This document shows positions 23,666-36,859 of a DNA stretch of 64,000 nt, one piece after another. This stretch comes from Mobula hypostoma (taxonomy: Eukaryota), in assembly GCF_963921235.1 (NCBI RefSeq), contig NC_086097.1, forward strand, positions 147,128,001-147,192,000, in the 5' to 3' direction. Under the pieces are notes generated by a model. It saw nothing but the letters and a program-made list of their open reading frames with translations. It was not told the DNA's origin and did not search any database. Position 1 is the first letter of the stretch; each line of letters opens with the position of its first letter. The translations under genes and the position numbers were made by a program.

Positions 23666-23874
23666 GAATTTGGCTGGATTGAGTAGCTCAGTGAATGGCC
23701 TACTGTGAAGACACCTGTTTGATACAGTATGGAATTGTGAGCTCCTTATTGCTGTTTAAATAAGCAGCTAATCAATACTCTCAATTGGCTGGCTTTTCAA
23801 AAGTCACTAACAGACTTGCAGAAAATATAAAGTGCTGTATTCTTTCTCAAAATGTATCACAACCAATTACTATA

Positions 23875-24055
23875 CAGTGCCTATAAATTAATTTAGATCA
23901 CTTTGTAGAGATCTGTTTTCACTTTGATACAAGAGTATTTTTCTGTTGGTCAGTGTCAAAAAAAACCAAATAAAATACACAGTTACTCAAGGCTGTAAAA
24001 CAATAAAATATGAAAACTTCCAAGGGGGTGGGGTGAATACCTTTTATAGGCACTA
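23875..24055. mobile_element. Tc1/mariner-derived MITE
   Basis: TA|CAGTGCCTATAAA ... TTTATAGGCACTA|TA: terminal inverted repeats with TA duplication. Confidence 0.8.
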
Positions 24056-25082
24056 TATGTATATATTAAAATGTAGCTATGTAGGTAAGCATAGAGCAAG
24101 AAATTTTCAGATGAGGTTATTTAGTTTTCAAATGAAAGTACAGGCCAGGCAAATGTAGCACTGAGAAAGCATCATTTTTTGCACAAATTTTTAGTAACAG
24201 AGGCTTAGGAGTCAGAAAATAAAACAAATGCACATAGTTCAAAATTAAGAGATAAAAGAGTAATTCAGCCAAGCTAGTGGACGGGTTAATTAGTGGATCT
24301 AGAGAGGAACCTTGCTGAGTTCAAAAATGCAATACACACAATAGCCCATTTGGTGACACAATGGAACAATCACTTCAGTCATCACGCACAATTGCTAAAC
24401 CAAAATGGAAACTGCTGCAAATCTCAGAATCATACTCATAGATTAGAGGGAAAAGCAAGTGCAAGCATGATGAGCTGCTTAAATTTCTCCACTGCCCCCT
24501 CCCTATTTGTAACTAAAGCATAAATGATATATTTTTGAGGAAATTCTAGGAAATCAAGAAGAATAAAGCATGTAATTGTGATGATGCCCCCAAGAACACG
24601 GCTGTAAGTAACCAGTTCCTTGTTCTTACAGTATTTAGGTGTCTGGCTTCTATCTGTGATATACTTACCAGTGAAACCAATCTTTTAAATCTGAATTTGT
24701 AACACTGAGACTAGTTTGATGGAGTTGTGTTCTACTGCATTTTAAAGTAAGTATGTGTTTAGTGATTGGAGAGATTATAAGGATTCTGTCTGGGTAAAAT
24801 TTAGTTAACTTTTTCATATGGAACTTAACTTCTCTTTAGCCTCAAATTATGTTTTTATTTCAAAGCAGTACTTGATAATAAACACGTTGTCTGTTAGCAG
24901 CAATTTCATTTTTATTTATATGGGAAGCTAGATATGGTTTCCTGGTAATCACCTGGTCCATATAGGCTAACTCAGGAAAATATAACTGATAAAATACAGG
25001 AGGCTTTTGTTGACATATAGATTAAATAGCATAATGTCTAATCTTATCAGGTATTTCTACTGAGAGTGAGATGAATAGATAT

Positions 25083-25650
25083 GTGTTCGTTCATCGTCAA
25101 CGTCAATGAGGACCTCGACACCATTATGATGGTGTTGAGACTAGCGCGTGATTTGTATTTAAGTGAGGGAGAGTTGCACAGCATCAGCCTCACTCTCTCT
25201 TCCCAATTCCCATCTGGATCCAGTGGCAAGACAGAGTCTAGACGGCTGGAGATAGGACTAGGTGCAGTAGATGACCAGGACGTATTCTGTGTCTTGTCCT
25301 GCTCTACGCGTTCCACGATGATTGCAGAGACCACCTTCTTGACCGTTGGACCTTCCATTGGTCTGGTCCGCTCAATCTGCCGGAGTCTGTCTTCACATGC
25401 TGGGATAGACAACTTCCGATCTCACCGAGGGTTTGAGACCCACCGGCTACCCTTACCTGGTTTAGCTGGCTTGTCAAAGCCGTTGCCTGGGGTGTGGCCG
25501 CTGTCACATTGGGGTGTATGGGGTGTCAGGGAGGGGTAGTACCTCTGGTGGGGGAACATGTCGTGTCCTTTTCAAGGCGGTTAGTCCACCTTTGGTCCCC
25601 ACCTGGCACTCAGCTCGCACCTGTGGCTCCCCATAGCTGTTTGCTTGCGA
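25083..25650 (-). mobile_element. RTE-related non-autonomous retroposon with inverted 5' head
   Basis: Body on the minus strand at 25083-25509 (ends ...CCCTCACTTAAATACAAATCACGCGC...GAACGAAC); RTE-type head on the plus strand at 25510-25650. Flanks GAGATGAATAGATAT / GAGGTGAATAGGCAT. Confidence 0.6.
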
Positions 25651-25869
25651 GGTGAATAGGCATAGTAAGATAAAATAAGCTGTTATAGTGGTTTTTAAAA
25701 CAAGAAAGGGGGGAGAAAGAGAGTGAGAAAAAGAGAGTCAGACTGAATGAGAACTGAGGTATAATAGTTAAAAATAGATTCTTAAGAAAAGAGCAGTGAC
25801 TCTCTTCTTAGGGGATGGATGAACAACTGTGATCTATATCTTATGAGACCATTCTAGACACTTGATGCA

Positions 25870-28800
25870 GTCTGAGGGGAACCATGTATGTGGGAAGTGC
25901 CTTGAGCTTGAGGTCAGATTTTCTGAACTTGAGGGGCAACTGGAGTAATTATGAAGCATCAAGGAGGATCTTCAGCACCCCCACAGCGATGTCCTTTATC
26001 CAGGCACCCAGGAGAAAACACATCATGTTGTCTTTTATAACTATGGTAACAGTTACAGAAACCCTGACCAATGTCAATCTCATTCAATGACTTTACTTCT
26101 ATATTTTACTTGGCCCCTTTCGGGTAATGCATCCAGCAGGTGGCTGCCCAACATACAGGGTGAGTTCAGGAGAGCAAATGGACAGCTATTAAAAAGAGTA
26201 GGGAAAAGAGGAAGCAGAGAAGTCTTCAATGTGTGCGTATCCTTCAAACAGGTATTCAGCATTGAGGTGCCGGGCCCGATGGCATTTTGAAGGAATACAG
26301 TCCAGAACACACAACTGATGACCAATTAGGGAACATCAACTTCACTATAGAATGAGTCAACAGTTAAGGGGATGACCGGAGTTTCTGTACAAGACCATAA
26401 GACCATAAGACGATGGAACAGAATTAGGCCATTCAGCCCATCGAGTTTGCTCTGCCATTCCATCATGGCTGATCCCAGAACCCACTCAGTCCCACACACC
26501 TGCCTTCCCACCATACCCTTTGACTGATCAGGAAATGATCAACTTCTGCCTTAAATGTATCCACTGACTTGGTCGCCATCGCAGTCTGTGGCAGAGCAAT
26601 CCACAGATTCACCACTCCCTGGCGAAGAAAATTCCTCCTCATCGCTGTTCTAAAAGGTCATCTCTTGATTTTGAGACTGTGCCTGTTAGTTCTGGATAAC
26701 CCATCATAGGAAACATCCTCTCCACGTCCACTCTATCTAATCTATTCAGCATTTTGCAGGTTTCAGTGAGATCCCCATGCATTCTTCAAAGTTGCAGTGA
26801 GTATAGGCCCAATGCTGCCAAATGCTCCTCATATGTTAACCCCTTCACTTCTGGAATCATGAACCTCCTCTGAACCTTCTCTTTTCTGAGATAAGGGGTC
26901 CAAAACTGTTGATAGTACAGTACTCCAAGTATGGCCTTGTAAAGGTTCAGCATTATCTCCTTGCTTTTATATTCTTTTCCCTTGAAATAAATGCCAACAT
27001 TGCATTTGCCTTCTTTACCAGAGGATCAACCTGTACCTTAACTGCCGGGAGTCTTGCACAAGGACTCCTGTCCCTCTGCACCTCTGATGTTTGAACCTTC
27101 TCCTCATTTAGATAATAGTCCATACTATCGTTCCTTTTACCAAAATGCATCATCATACATTTCCCAACACTGTAATCATGAGATCTACCTGGTATGTTGT
27201 GTCACTGATACCTGGGTAAAAAACATCACAGAGACAGTGCTGAAGATTCAGCAGGAGAAACAGGGTAAGCCAGAGATACTGATAGATTTCAGTGCCAGTA
27301 TCATAGAGAGAACAGGCACTAATGTCCTCAAGTCAGACTTTAAAGAGCAAAGGAAGAAGTTAAAAATTTGAACCCTAAGAGGTGTAGTCTCCAGATTACA
27401 CTCTGTACCATGCAACAGTCAGAACAGATAAAGAAAAATAAAGATCAAAGCATAGCTTGAGGCATATTGTAAGAAGGATGCCTTTAGTTTCCTGAAACAT
27501 TTGAACCACTTCTAGGACAGGAAAAATCAAATCAAAAGGGATGAGTTACACCTCAGCATGAATAGAATAAATGCTTGTGTAGAAATTCAATGGAGATGTT
27601 AAACATTGGCTGGAGAATGGGCACCAGGTTATAGAAATATAAAGGAGGAGTAAGAGACACGCAGAGTACTGAGAAGTGCAAGAGAAAGAAGCGGTGCCAT
27701 ATTAGATAAGAATAATCCAATAAGGAGTTAAGGGGATACAGACAGATTCAGAATATCTGTAAAAGCACTAAGTGTGATAAATGACAGTTTCCAATATCAC
27801 AGTGGCATTAATGGAAATGAGGCTTAAAATTTGTAAAGGCGGAGCACTTAAAAGTATGGATTAAATATGTTGAGAAAAGGAAAATGGAAATGAGGTAGCA
27901 GAGTTGGGTACAGTAATAATGAGAGAAGAAGCTAATATTTGAAAGAATGGATTATCTTGAAGAGATAAAGACTGAATCCATTTGGTTGGGGTTGAAAATA
28001 AAAAAGGGTACTCTCACTGTTAAGGGTATAATGGCATGTGTATTTAAAGAGTATGACAGTCAAATTTGTAGTTTATAATTATTGGGGAAAAAATAAGAAC
28101 TTAGCAAAAATGGGCCAAGGAACTTCTCAAAGAAAGGAGAAAACTACAATAGAGGAAAATCTAGAAAAATTAAAACAAACTGTAAGACCTTTTTAAAATA
28201 TGTAACAAAGGGAAGGTTGTACAAGCAGAACGTCACATACAGTAGACTGAGACAAAAAATATTTTATGGGGAAATAAGAAAATTGCAGAAAAAATGATGT
28301 CTTTATTGATTGGGACATAGAAAACTCTCTGAGAACTAATGGAGAACAACAGATTCACAGTAAATATGTAGCTGAAAGACATTTGTAAAACATAATGCTA
28401 AAGAATTCAATGGGATTCGGACTGAATACATCCCAAGGATTTGATGAATTTAATGTTTTGGAAGTGAAAACAATGAAAAAAGTGGATACACTGCTTGTGG
28501 GTACAAAATTCCACAAATTCAAAAAATCCGATCTCTCAGAGATCGGAACATGAAAAAATGCAATCCAAGTAGTTAGAAAGGAGGAGAAAGAAAATAGGAA
28601 ATTAAATTAACTTCAGATTGGGATTAGCAAAGATGCTAGCAATCTGTTATTAAGTAACTTGGCATTTGGAAAATAATAATGGGTTTACTTAGATTCAATG
28701 TGGACTTATTGTGGGACAAATCCGTGAGAGTCCAAATATTAAGAAATGAAGAGGTGATGATGTTTAGAGTGATCTGGGCATCCCCATATATGAATCATTG

Positions 28801-29465
28801 AAAGTTAATATTTCAGATACAGCAAGAAATCATTTAAGCAAATGGTATGCTGACCTTTCTTTTGCAAGGAGGTTGGAGAACAAGAACTCTGATGCCTTAC
28901 TCCAATCTTACGGGACTCTGGTCAAACAGCGTCCAAGGATATTGTACATTGGTTGGTTGCTGATCTCGAAAGAACTACAAAATTGCAGTAAGGCTGTAAT
29001 AAAAATTCAACAGATACATTACTGTGAAGGGGTGTTTGTCACTTGAGGAGAAACTCAGCAGCATGGATCTGTATATACATCTGGATTTTAGTAGTACGAG
29101 AGGAGTTCACATTGATACAAAGGACTCTTCAGGATGTTGATTGGGTTGATGTGCCATCTGGCTGAAGTGTGCAGAGCCAAGGGTCACAGTCTTAGGATAA
29201 TTCTCCACATTCAGAAATAAGTGAAAGGAATTTTTTTTCACCCAAAGGGTATAGTGACATTTTGGAATTCACTCTCCAAGGAGGCTGTGGATGATCAATC
29301 ACTGTTATATGGAGCATGTTATATTTTTCACTACTGGGGTATCAAGAGACATGGGTTAATGCAGTAAGTGGTACCAAGGTAAAGGAGCAGCCCTGACCCA
29401 ACTGAACCACAGAGCAGGTACGAGAGGAGTGATGGCCTATTTCTGCTTCTGTTCTTCATGCTTCA
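25870..29465 (+). mobile_element. Very old, near full-length CR1 (ORF1 esterase, EN, RT remnants, 3' tail), split by a younger CR1
   Basis: Decayed esterase segments at ~26350-26390 and 27175-27560; EN/RT remnants at 27750-29100; tail GATGGCCTATTTCTGCTTCTGTTCTTCATG at ~29430-29460. Confidence 0.7.
26390..27170 (-). mobile_element. CR1 3' fragment nested in the older CR1
   Basis: (AAGACCAT)n tail at ~26391-26410; 'VKKANAMLAFI'; CTGTA on both flanks. Confidence 0.88.
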
Positions 29466-29474
29466 TATATTGTT

Positions 29475-29880
29475 ACCCTGCCACTGGTAGTGTTCTACAG
29501 ACCCCCAAATTACAAAAGGGAGATAGAGGAGCAAATCTTTAGGGAAACTAGAGAGAACTGCAAATTCACTGATGTGTATTGAAGGGGTATTCTAATTTCG
29601 AACGTACTAACTGGCAAAATATTAGAGTAAAGAGAAGAGAGGGTGAAATATCTGAAATATGTTCAGGAGAACAACGATGGGTACCTTCTCCTTGAAACAC
29701 TGCCACCTAAAGATATCCCTGATGGTGGGAAGGTTGTGCCTGTGATGGAAATGGCTGAGTTAGCAATCCTGCGCAGCTTCTTGTGATCTTTATAAGACCA
29801 TGATACAACCAGTTAGAATGCTGTTCATCACACTTCTGTAGAATTCAGAAACAGTGTTTGGTGACATACCAAATCTCAAG
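29475..29880. repeat. CR1 endonuclease fragment (+, to ~29680) followed by a Rex1/Babar RT fragment (-)
   Basis: 'VFYRPPNYKREIEEQI' matches the CR1 EN at 32407-32973; the second part resembles the Rex1/Babar C-terminus. Confidence 0.55.
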
Positions 29881-30056
29881 CGTTTTACTACTTGTATCTG
29901 TTATTAATTGTGAAACTTAGCAGTTGTCAAACTGTCTGCTGCAGTACCTGCATTTCAACAGTGGAAAAGTCAAGTTGTGGGAAGTTCAAATTAAATTTAA
30001 GTTCTTTTGTTATAATAGACCATTTTACACCCACTAGTTATAACAATGGGCTTATT

Positions 30057-33000
30057 CATAGAAAGAGAGAACATAGAAAACCTACAGCACAATACAGGCC
30101 CTTCGGCCCACAAAGCTGTTCCGGATATGTCTTTACCTTAGAAATTACCTACGGTTGTCCATAGGCAACTATGTTTCTAAGCTTCATGCACCTATCTAGA
30201 ACTCTCTTAAAAGACCCTATCATATCCACCTCCACCACCGTCACTGGCAGACCATTCCACACACTCACCACTCTCTGCATAAAAAACTTACCACTCATCT
30301 CTCCTCTGCACCTACTTCCAAGCACCTTAAAAGTGTGCACTCTCATACTGGCCATCTCAGCCCTAGGAAAAAGCCTCTGATGATCCACACAATCAATGCC
30401 TCTCATCATCTTATACACCTCTATCAGGTCACCACTCATCCTCCGTCGCTCCAAGGAGAAGAGACTGAGTTCACTCAACCTATCCTCATAAGGCATGCTC
30501 CCCAATCCAAGCAACATCCTTGTAAATCTTCTCTGCACCTTTTCTATAGTTTCCATATACTTCCTGTAGTGAGGCAACCAGAACTGAGCACAGTACTCCA
30601 AGTAGGGTCTGACCAGGGTCCAATATAGATGCAACATTACCTCTCGGCTCTTAAACTCAATCCCACAATTGATGAAGGTCAATGAACCGTACGCCTTCTT
30701 AACCACAACCTGTGCAGTAGCTTTGAGTGCCCTATGGACTCAGACCCCAGGATCCCTTTGATCCTCCACACTGCCAAGAGTTTTACCATTAATACTATAT
30801 TCTGCCATCATATTTGACCTACCAAAGTGAACCACCTCACACCTATCTGGGTTGAACTCCATCTGCCACTTCTCAGACCAGTTTTGCACCCTATCAATGT
30901 CCCGCTGTAACCTCTGACAGCCCTCCACACTATCCACAACATCCCGAACCTCTGTGTCATCAGCAAATTTATTAACCCATCCCTCCACTTCCTCATCCAG
31001 GCCATTTATAAAAATCACGAAGGGTAGGGGTCCAAGAACAGATTCATGAGGCACAACACTGGTGACCGACCTCCATGTAGACCTATCTACAACCACTCTT
31101 TGCCTTCTGTGGGCAAGCAAATTCTGAATCCACAAAGCAATGTCCCCTTGGATCCCATGCCTCCTTACTATCTCAATAAGCCTTGCATGGGGTACCTTAT
31201 CAAATGCCCTGCTGAAATCCATATATATTACATCTACTGGCTCTACCTTCATCAATGTTTTTAGTCACATCCTCAAAAAATTCAATTAGGCTCGTAAGGC
31301 ACAACCTGCCTTTGACAAAACCATGTTGACTATTCCTAATCATATTATGCCTCTCCAAATGTTCATAAATCCTGCCTCTCAGGATATTTTCCATCAACTT
31401 ACCAACCACTGAAGTAAGACTCACTGGTCTATAGTTTCCTGGGCTATCTCTACTCCCTTTCTTGAATAAAGGAACGACATCTGCAACCCTCCAATCCTCC
31501 GGAATCTCTCCCATTCCCAGTGATGATGCAAAGATCATCGCCAGAGGCTCAGCAGTCTTCTCTCTCACCTGCCACAGTAGCCTGAGCTACATCTTGTCTG
31601 GTCCCAGTGACTTATCCAACCTGATGCTTTCCAAAAGCTCCAGCACATCCTCTTTCTTAATGTCTATATGCTCAAGCTTTTCAGCCCACTGTAAATCATC
31701 CCTACAATCGCTAAGATCCTTTTCCGTAGTGAATACTGAAGTAAAGTATTCATTATGTACCTCTGCTATCTCCTGTGGTTCCATACACGCTTTTCCACTG
31801 TCACACTTGATTGGTCCTCTTCTCTCACGACTTATCCTCTTGCTCTTCACACATTTGTAGAATGCTTTGGGGTTTTCCTTAATCCTGTCTGCCAAGGCCT
31901 TCTCATGGCCCCTTCTGGCTCTCCTAATTTCATTCTTAAGCTCCTTCCTGCTAGCCTTATAATCTTCTAGATCTCTATCATTACCTAGTTTTTTTAACCT
32001 TTCGTAAGCTCTTCTTTTCTTCTTAACTAGATTTACAACATCCTTTGTACACCACAGTTCCTGTACCTTACCATCCTTTCCCTATCTCATTGGAATGTAT
32101 CTATGCAGAACTCCACGCAAGTATCCCCTGAACATTTGCCACATTTCTTCCATACGTTTCCCTGAGGACATCTGTTTCCAATTTATGCTTCCAAGTTCCA
32201 GCCGGATAGCCTCATATTTCCCCTTACTCCAATTAAACACTTTCCTAATTTGTCTGTTTCTATCCCTCTCCAATGCTATGGTAAAGGGGATCGAATTCTG
32301 ATCACTATCTCCAAAATGCTCTCCCACTGAGAGATCTGACACCTTACCAGGTTCATTTCCCAATACCAAATCAAGTACAGCCTCTCCTCTTGTAGGCTTA
32401 TCTGTGTCAAGAAACCTTCCTGAAAACACCCAACAAACTCCACCCCATCAAAACCCCTCGCTCAAAATCTCCCACCACAACAACCCTGTTATGATTACAC
32501 CTTTCCAGAATCTGTCTCCCTATCTGCTTCTTGATGTCCCTGTTACTATTGGGTGGTCTATAAAAAACACCCAGTAGAGTTATTGACCCCTTCCTGTTCC
32601 TAACTTCCATCCACAGAGATTCAGTAGACAATCCCTCCATGACTTCCTCTTCTGCAGCCCTGACACTATCTCTGATCAGCAGTGCCACACCCCCACCTCT
32701 TTTGCCTCCCTCCCTGTCCTTTCTGAAACATCTAAATCCTGACACTCGAAGTAACCATTCCTTCCCCAGAGCCATCCAAGTCTCTGTAATGGCCACAACA
32801 TCATAGCTCCAAGTACTGATCCACACTCTAACCTCATCCACTTTGTTCATAATACTCCTTGCATTAAAATAGACACATCTCAAACCATCGGTCTGAGCGT
32901 GTCTCTTCTCTATCACCTGCCTATCCTCCCTCTTGCACTGTCTCCAAGTTTTCTCTATTCGTGAGCCAACCACCTCTTCCTCCGTCTCTTCAGTTCAATT

Positions 33001-33750
33001 CCCAGCCCCCAGCAATTCTAGTTTAAACTCTCTCCAATAGCCTTTGCAAACCTCCCCGCCAGGATATTGGTCCCCTTCGGATTCAAGTCCAACCCGTCCT
33101 TTTTGTACGGGTCATGCCTGCCCCAAAAGAGGTCCTAATGATCCAGAAATCTGAATCCCTTCCCTCTGCTCCCATATCTCAGCCACGCATTTATCCTCCA
33201 CCTCATTCTATTCCTATACTCACTGTCACGTGGCAAAGGCAGCAATCCAGAGATGATTACCTTTGTGGTACTGCTTCTCAATTTCCTTCCTAATTCCCTG
33301 TAGTCTGTTTTCAGAACCTCTTCCTTTTTTCTGCCTATATCGTTTGTACCAATATGTGCCGCGACCGCTGGCTGTTCACCTTCCCACTTCAGGATATCGT
33401 GGACGTGATCAGAAACATCCTGGACCCTGGCACCTGGGAGGCAAACTACCATCCGTGCTTCTTTCCTGTGTCTACAGAATCGTCTGTCTGACCCCCTAAC
33501 TATAGAGTCCCCTATCATTGCTGCCATCCTCTTCCTTTACCGACTCTTCTGAGCCACAGGGCCAGACTCTGTTGCTTCCCCCAGGTAGGCTATCCCCCCC
33601 AACAGTACTCAAACAGGAGTACTTATTGATAAGGAGGACAGCCACAGGGGTACTCTCTAGAATCTGACTCTTGCCCTTCCCTCTCCTGACCGTTACCCAC
33701 TTATCTGTCTCCCAAGGCCCCGGTGCGACTACCTGCCTATAGCTCCTCTC
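30057..33750 (-). mobile_element. Near full-length CR1: ORF1 SGNH esterase, APE endonuclease and RT (disrupted)
   Basis: 'MIGDSIVRG..CLPGARV..HIGTND' (33135-33527); 'YFNARSI..AITETW..GVFYRPPN..VGDF' (32407-32973); RT pieces at 30149-31895 with 'KFADD'; CATAGA tail; TATTCA on both flanks. Confidence 0.95.
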
Positions 33751-35019
33751 TATTCAGCAAATTCTTGTTTCATCTCAGCGATGGTTGCTCTAAAAGGCAA
33801 GAGAATTGCTACATGTGTATTGAAATAATGTCATGCAATGTAAGTATCAGCATAAAACACATGGATTAATATTTTCTGGCTTCTTTATGACATACATCAA
33901 GCAATTTCTTTAAACTGGATTAAGCACTTTAGTTAAATTTACAATCAGAGGAAATTTTGTGAAAAGGCACTGGGTCAGAATAAACTGCACCCAGTACAAC
34001 CCTCACAGTAATCTCCTGTGTTGCTTCTGCAGCCACACTAATCATGTGCAGCCACACAGCTCCTAAGAACCACAGGGCCTTGATGTCACAATCATTCCTT
34101 AAAGAGAATTGTGTTACAGGCAGCTCATTGCCTCAGGGAAGATAATTTACAGACGGCCCTGGCAGCCTTCTGGCAGAAGGATTTTTCACTGCTTCCATTA
34201 CATTTGGAAACATAATTACTAGAACATTTTAAAAATTATTCAAAGTACAGTATGTATTTAAAAAAACATAGTAAACCACAAAGTTCGCTGACCTTTCTTT
34301 AATAAGGATGTCAAAATTCAAATAAATGGAATGCGCTTGATCCATTGGCCATGCCTACATAAAGCTGAGCGACCACACAGAAAGAGTACTCAGCTCTTAA
34401 CTCAGGATCCTACAGAAATTCCACGGCAATGGTGACTTCAAAGACCGAGAAAGCGATCAGATCCATGAACACCTGACTTTCCATAAGTTCCCAAGGGTCA
34501 TGCCTCAAAGTGCAGGAACTGAAGTCTAGAACACACTGATATCAGCAATCCTTTACCAAATCATCAATGTTTTGGACCAATGGAATATTAGCTGTTAGAG
34601 TCATGCAGGTTGACTTCAGATGCAAAACTTATGGTGAAAGCACGTCAGCAGAACCACCCATTACTCCCGACTTCAAACAGTAGTTTCCTCAAGTTACATC
34701 ATTTTAAGCTCTCAACACAGTGGCTTTTGCAGGAGACATGATTAATAATCATCTTAATTTAAGAGGATTATAAAGATGCTTACATAAATTTTCATGATCA
34801 TTATTTTGCTGGGAATATCCAAACATTAACAAAAAGAACTGTTGAATCAATGTTACCATGTTTCCTGGATTGATTTCACGTGTATTAACCAAACTATTAG
34901 CCAGTACTACTGTAGCCATGTTGCTGTTTCAGCTGATTACATAATCTTTCATATGAGGGATAATGGTTCGCAAAGCTAACCTATGGTTACATAAATATCA
35001 AGTTCATCATATTATAATT

Positions 35020-35380
35020 TGTTCATTTGTTATGCGCCGTGTCATATGGCATTGGCAATCATGGTCTTTCCATAACCATGATTGTTCTTGGCAAATTTTT
35101 CTACAGGAATCGTTTGTCATTGCCTTCTTTTGGACAGTGTCTTTACAAGACAGGTGACCCCAGCCATTATCAATACTCTTCAGAGACTGCCTGCCTGCTG
35201 TCCATGGTCACATAACAAGGACTTGTGATAATGCACCATTCACCACTTGCTGCCATGGCTTCACGTGACTCTAATCAGGGGGCTAAGTAGGTGCTTCTCC
35301 TTGGCCAAGTGTGACCTGCAGGCCAGCGGAGGGAAGAAACACTTTATAACTCCTTTAGCAGAGACATATCTCCGACCCAC
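35020..35380 (-). mobile_element. RTE-related SINE
   Basis: GTTTGTCATTGCCTTCT segment and CATGG..CCAT hairpin resembling RTE-tailed SINEs. Confidence 0.5.
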
Positions 35381-35393
35381 CACCCTAATATTA

Positions 35394-35704
35394 AAGGCAT
35401 CCGTTAGTCTTGTGAGACCATGGATCTGCGCCTGGAAAGTCTTCACTCTCTAGGGCGCAGGCCTGGGCAAGGTTGTATGGAAGACCAGCAGTTGCCCATG
35501 CTGCAAGTCTTCCCTCTCCACGACACTGATATTGTCCAAGGGAAGGGCATTAGGACCCATACAGCTTGGCACCAGTGTCATCACAGAGCACTGTGTGATT
35601 AAGTGCCTTGCTCAAGGACACAACACACTGCCTCGGCTGGGGCTCGAACTCACAACCTTCAGATCGCTAGTCGAATGCCTTAACCACTTGGCCACGTGCC
35701 CACA
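35394..35704 (-). mobile_element. Full-length tRNA-derived SINE with perfect 13-bp TSD
   Basis: Minus strand has A box TGGCCAAGTGG and B box GAGTTCGAGCCC; CACCCTAATATTA at 35381-35393 and 35705-35717. Confidence 0.9.
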
Positions 35705-35739
35705 CACCCTAATATTATAATTATGATTTCCAGCATCTT

Positions 35740-36830
35740 CAGAACCTCTTCTGTCATTGACAAATGGGTCTTCAGCCACCAAACTGACACAAATGCTAGT
35801 ATCATCTGCAGATTGAAGCTTGGTTACTGAGGTTCAGGTGACCAGGGCTCTAGAGTGTAGATGTCCACTAGTTATGAAAAGTCAATTCTTTGGAAGTTTC
35901 TTAGATGGAAGTAACAACATTTCTACGAAAATAAATGAAAAAAATGTTGTGGTAATATGTTTGACAGTAGTCTTCACTGAAGTTGTCCCTGCTCCGTGCA
36001 CTTGGTTAGGATTATGGCTTGCATGCCATCATAAAGCAAACATAAGAGGAACAAAATCCTCTGGTCAGCTGAAAATGAAGAGAATGCTGCAAAGTCCCTT
36101 ACCAATTGATGTAATCACAGGCCTTAGTGTATCAAAAAAGGCTAAAAGTTTATTCATTAATGATACTTGCCCTCCTATTGCAGTTTTCACAGTGAAAATC
36201 AAGCCCTTTGTACAGAATTCATACTATTATTTGGGGAGCAGCGTCTTAGTTGTTAGGAGGAAGTGCTGGAAGAAGGCTTTGGTGATTACTTTCCCTGTAG
36301 CAGACAGAAGAGAGAGTCCTTTGTAGAGGCCACGGTCAAGCTTGTCTCATTTCTTGTAAATGATCACAATTACAGCATCCCTGACATTATTTACTATGTC
36401 CTTGTATTTCCAGATGTATATGATCAGACTAGATTTGAGACTTAAACTCTCCACAGCCAAGTGTTAACACTTCTCTGAGGATTTATCTGCACCTGAGGCC
36501 TTGTTTTGTATGAGCTTAGGATATGGTCATTTTTTTATTCTTGTTGATCAAGGATGATGGATTGAAAAAGTAGTAGTAGGATGGTATCAAGGATGCTTTT
36601 AGCAAGGACAGAACCTTGCTTGAAGCGGACTTAGAAGTATTCCTTCCAGCAAGTTTTAACTGCCTCTCGATCAGTTTATTACTGTATATGTCTCCCAGTG
36701 GCATAAGATTTTTGTGTGTTTGGGCCATAGATGGGCTCAGTGGTGCTGAGGAATCTGTATATCTCATGGCTTTAAGTGCTTCTTATAGCTGTCATCAGTA
36801 AATGACTAAATGTTGTTGTCAATGAATGAC
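35740..36830 (-). mobile_element. Highly decayed non-LTR RT fragment, clade unresolved
   Basis: Minus strand gives 'LQSADDT' near 35795-35820 and further RT-like remnants. Confidence 0.45.
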
Positions 36831-36859
36831 AATTTTTTCAACATCCTGTTTTATGATCT

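Noticed and set aside
25510..25650. HDV-like ribozyme in the RTE-type head
   Set aside because: Known for some RTE 5' ends, but I could not fold a complete nested double pseudoknot here (the ACC-TCT-GGT loop is too short).
34400..34530. Possible coding exon (FHGNGDFKDRESDQIHEHL...)
   Set aside because: Short, bounded by stops, no recognisable homology and no partner exons.
35625..35704. tRNA gene on the minus strand
   Set aside because: The A/B boxes continue into a SINE body bounded by a 13-bp TSD; it is a SINE head.
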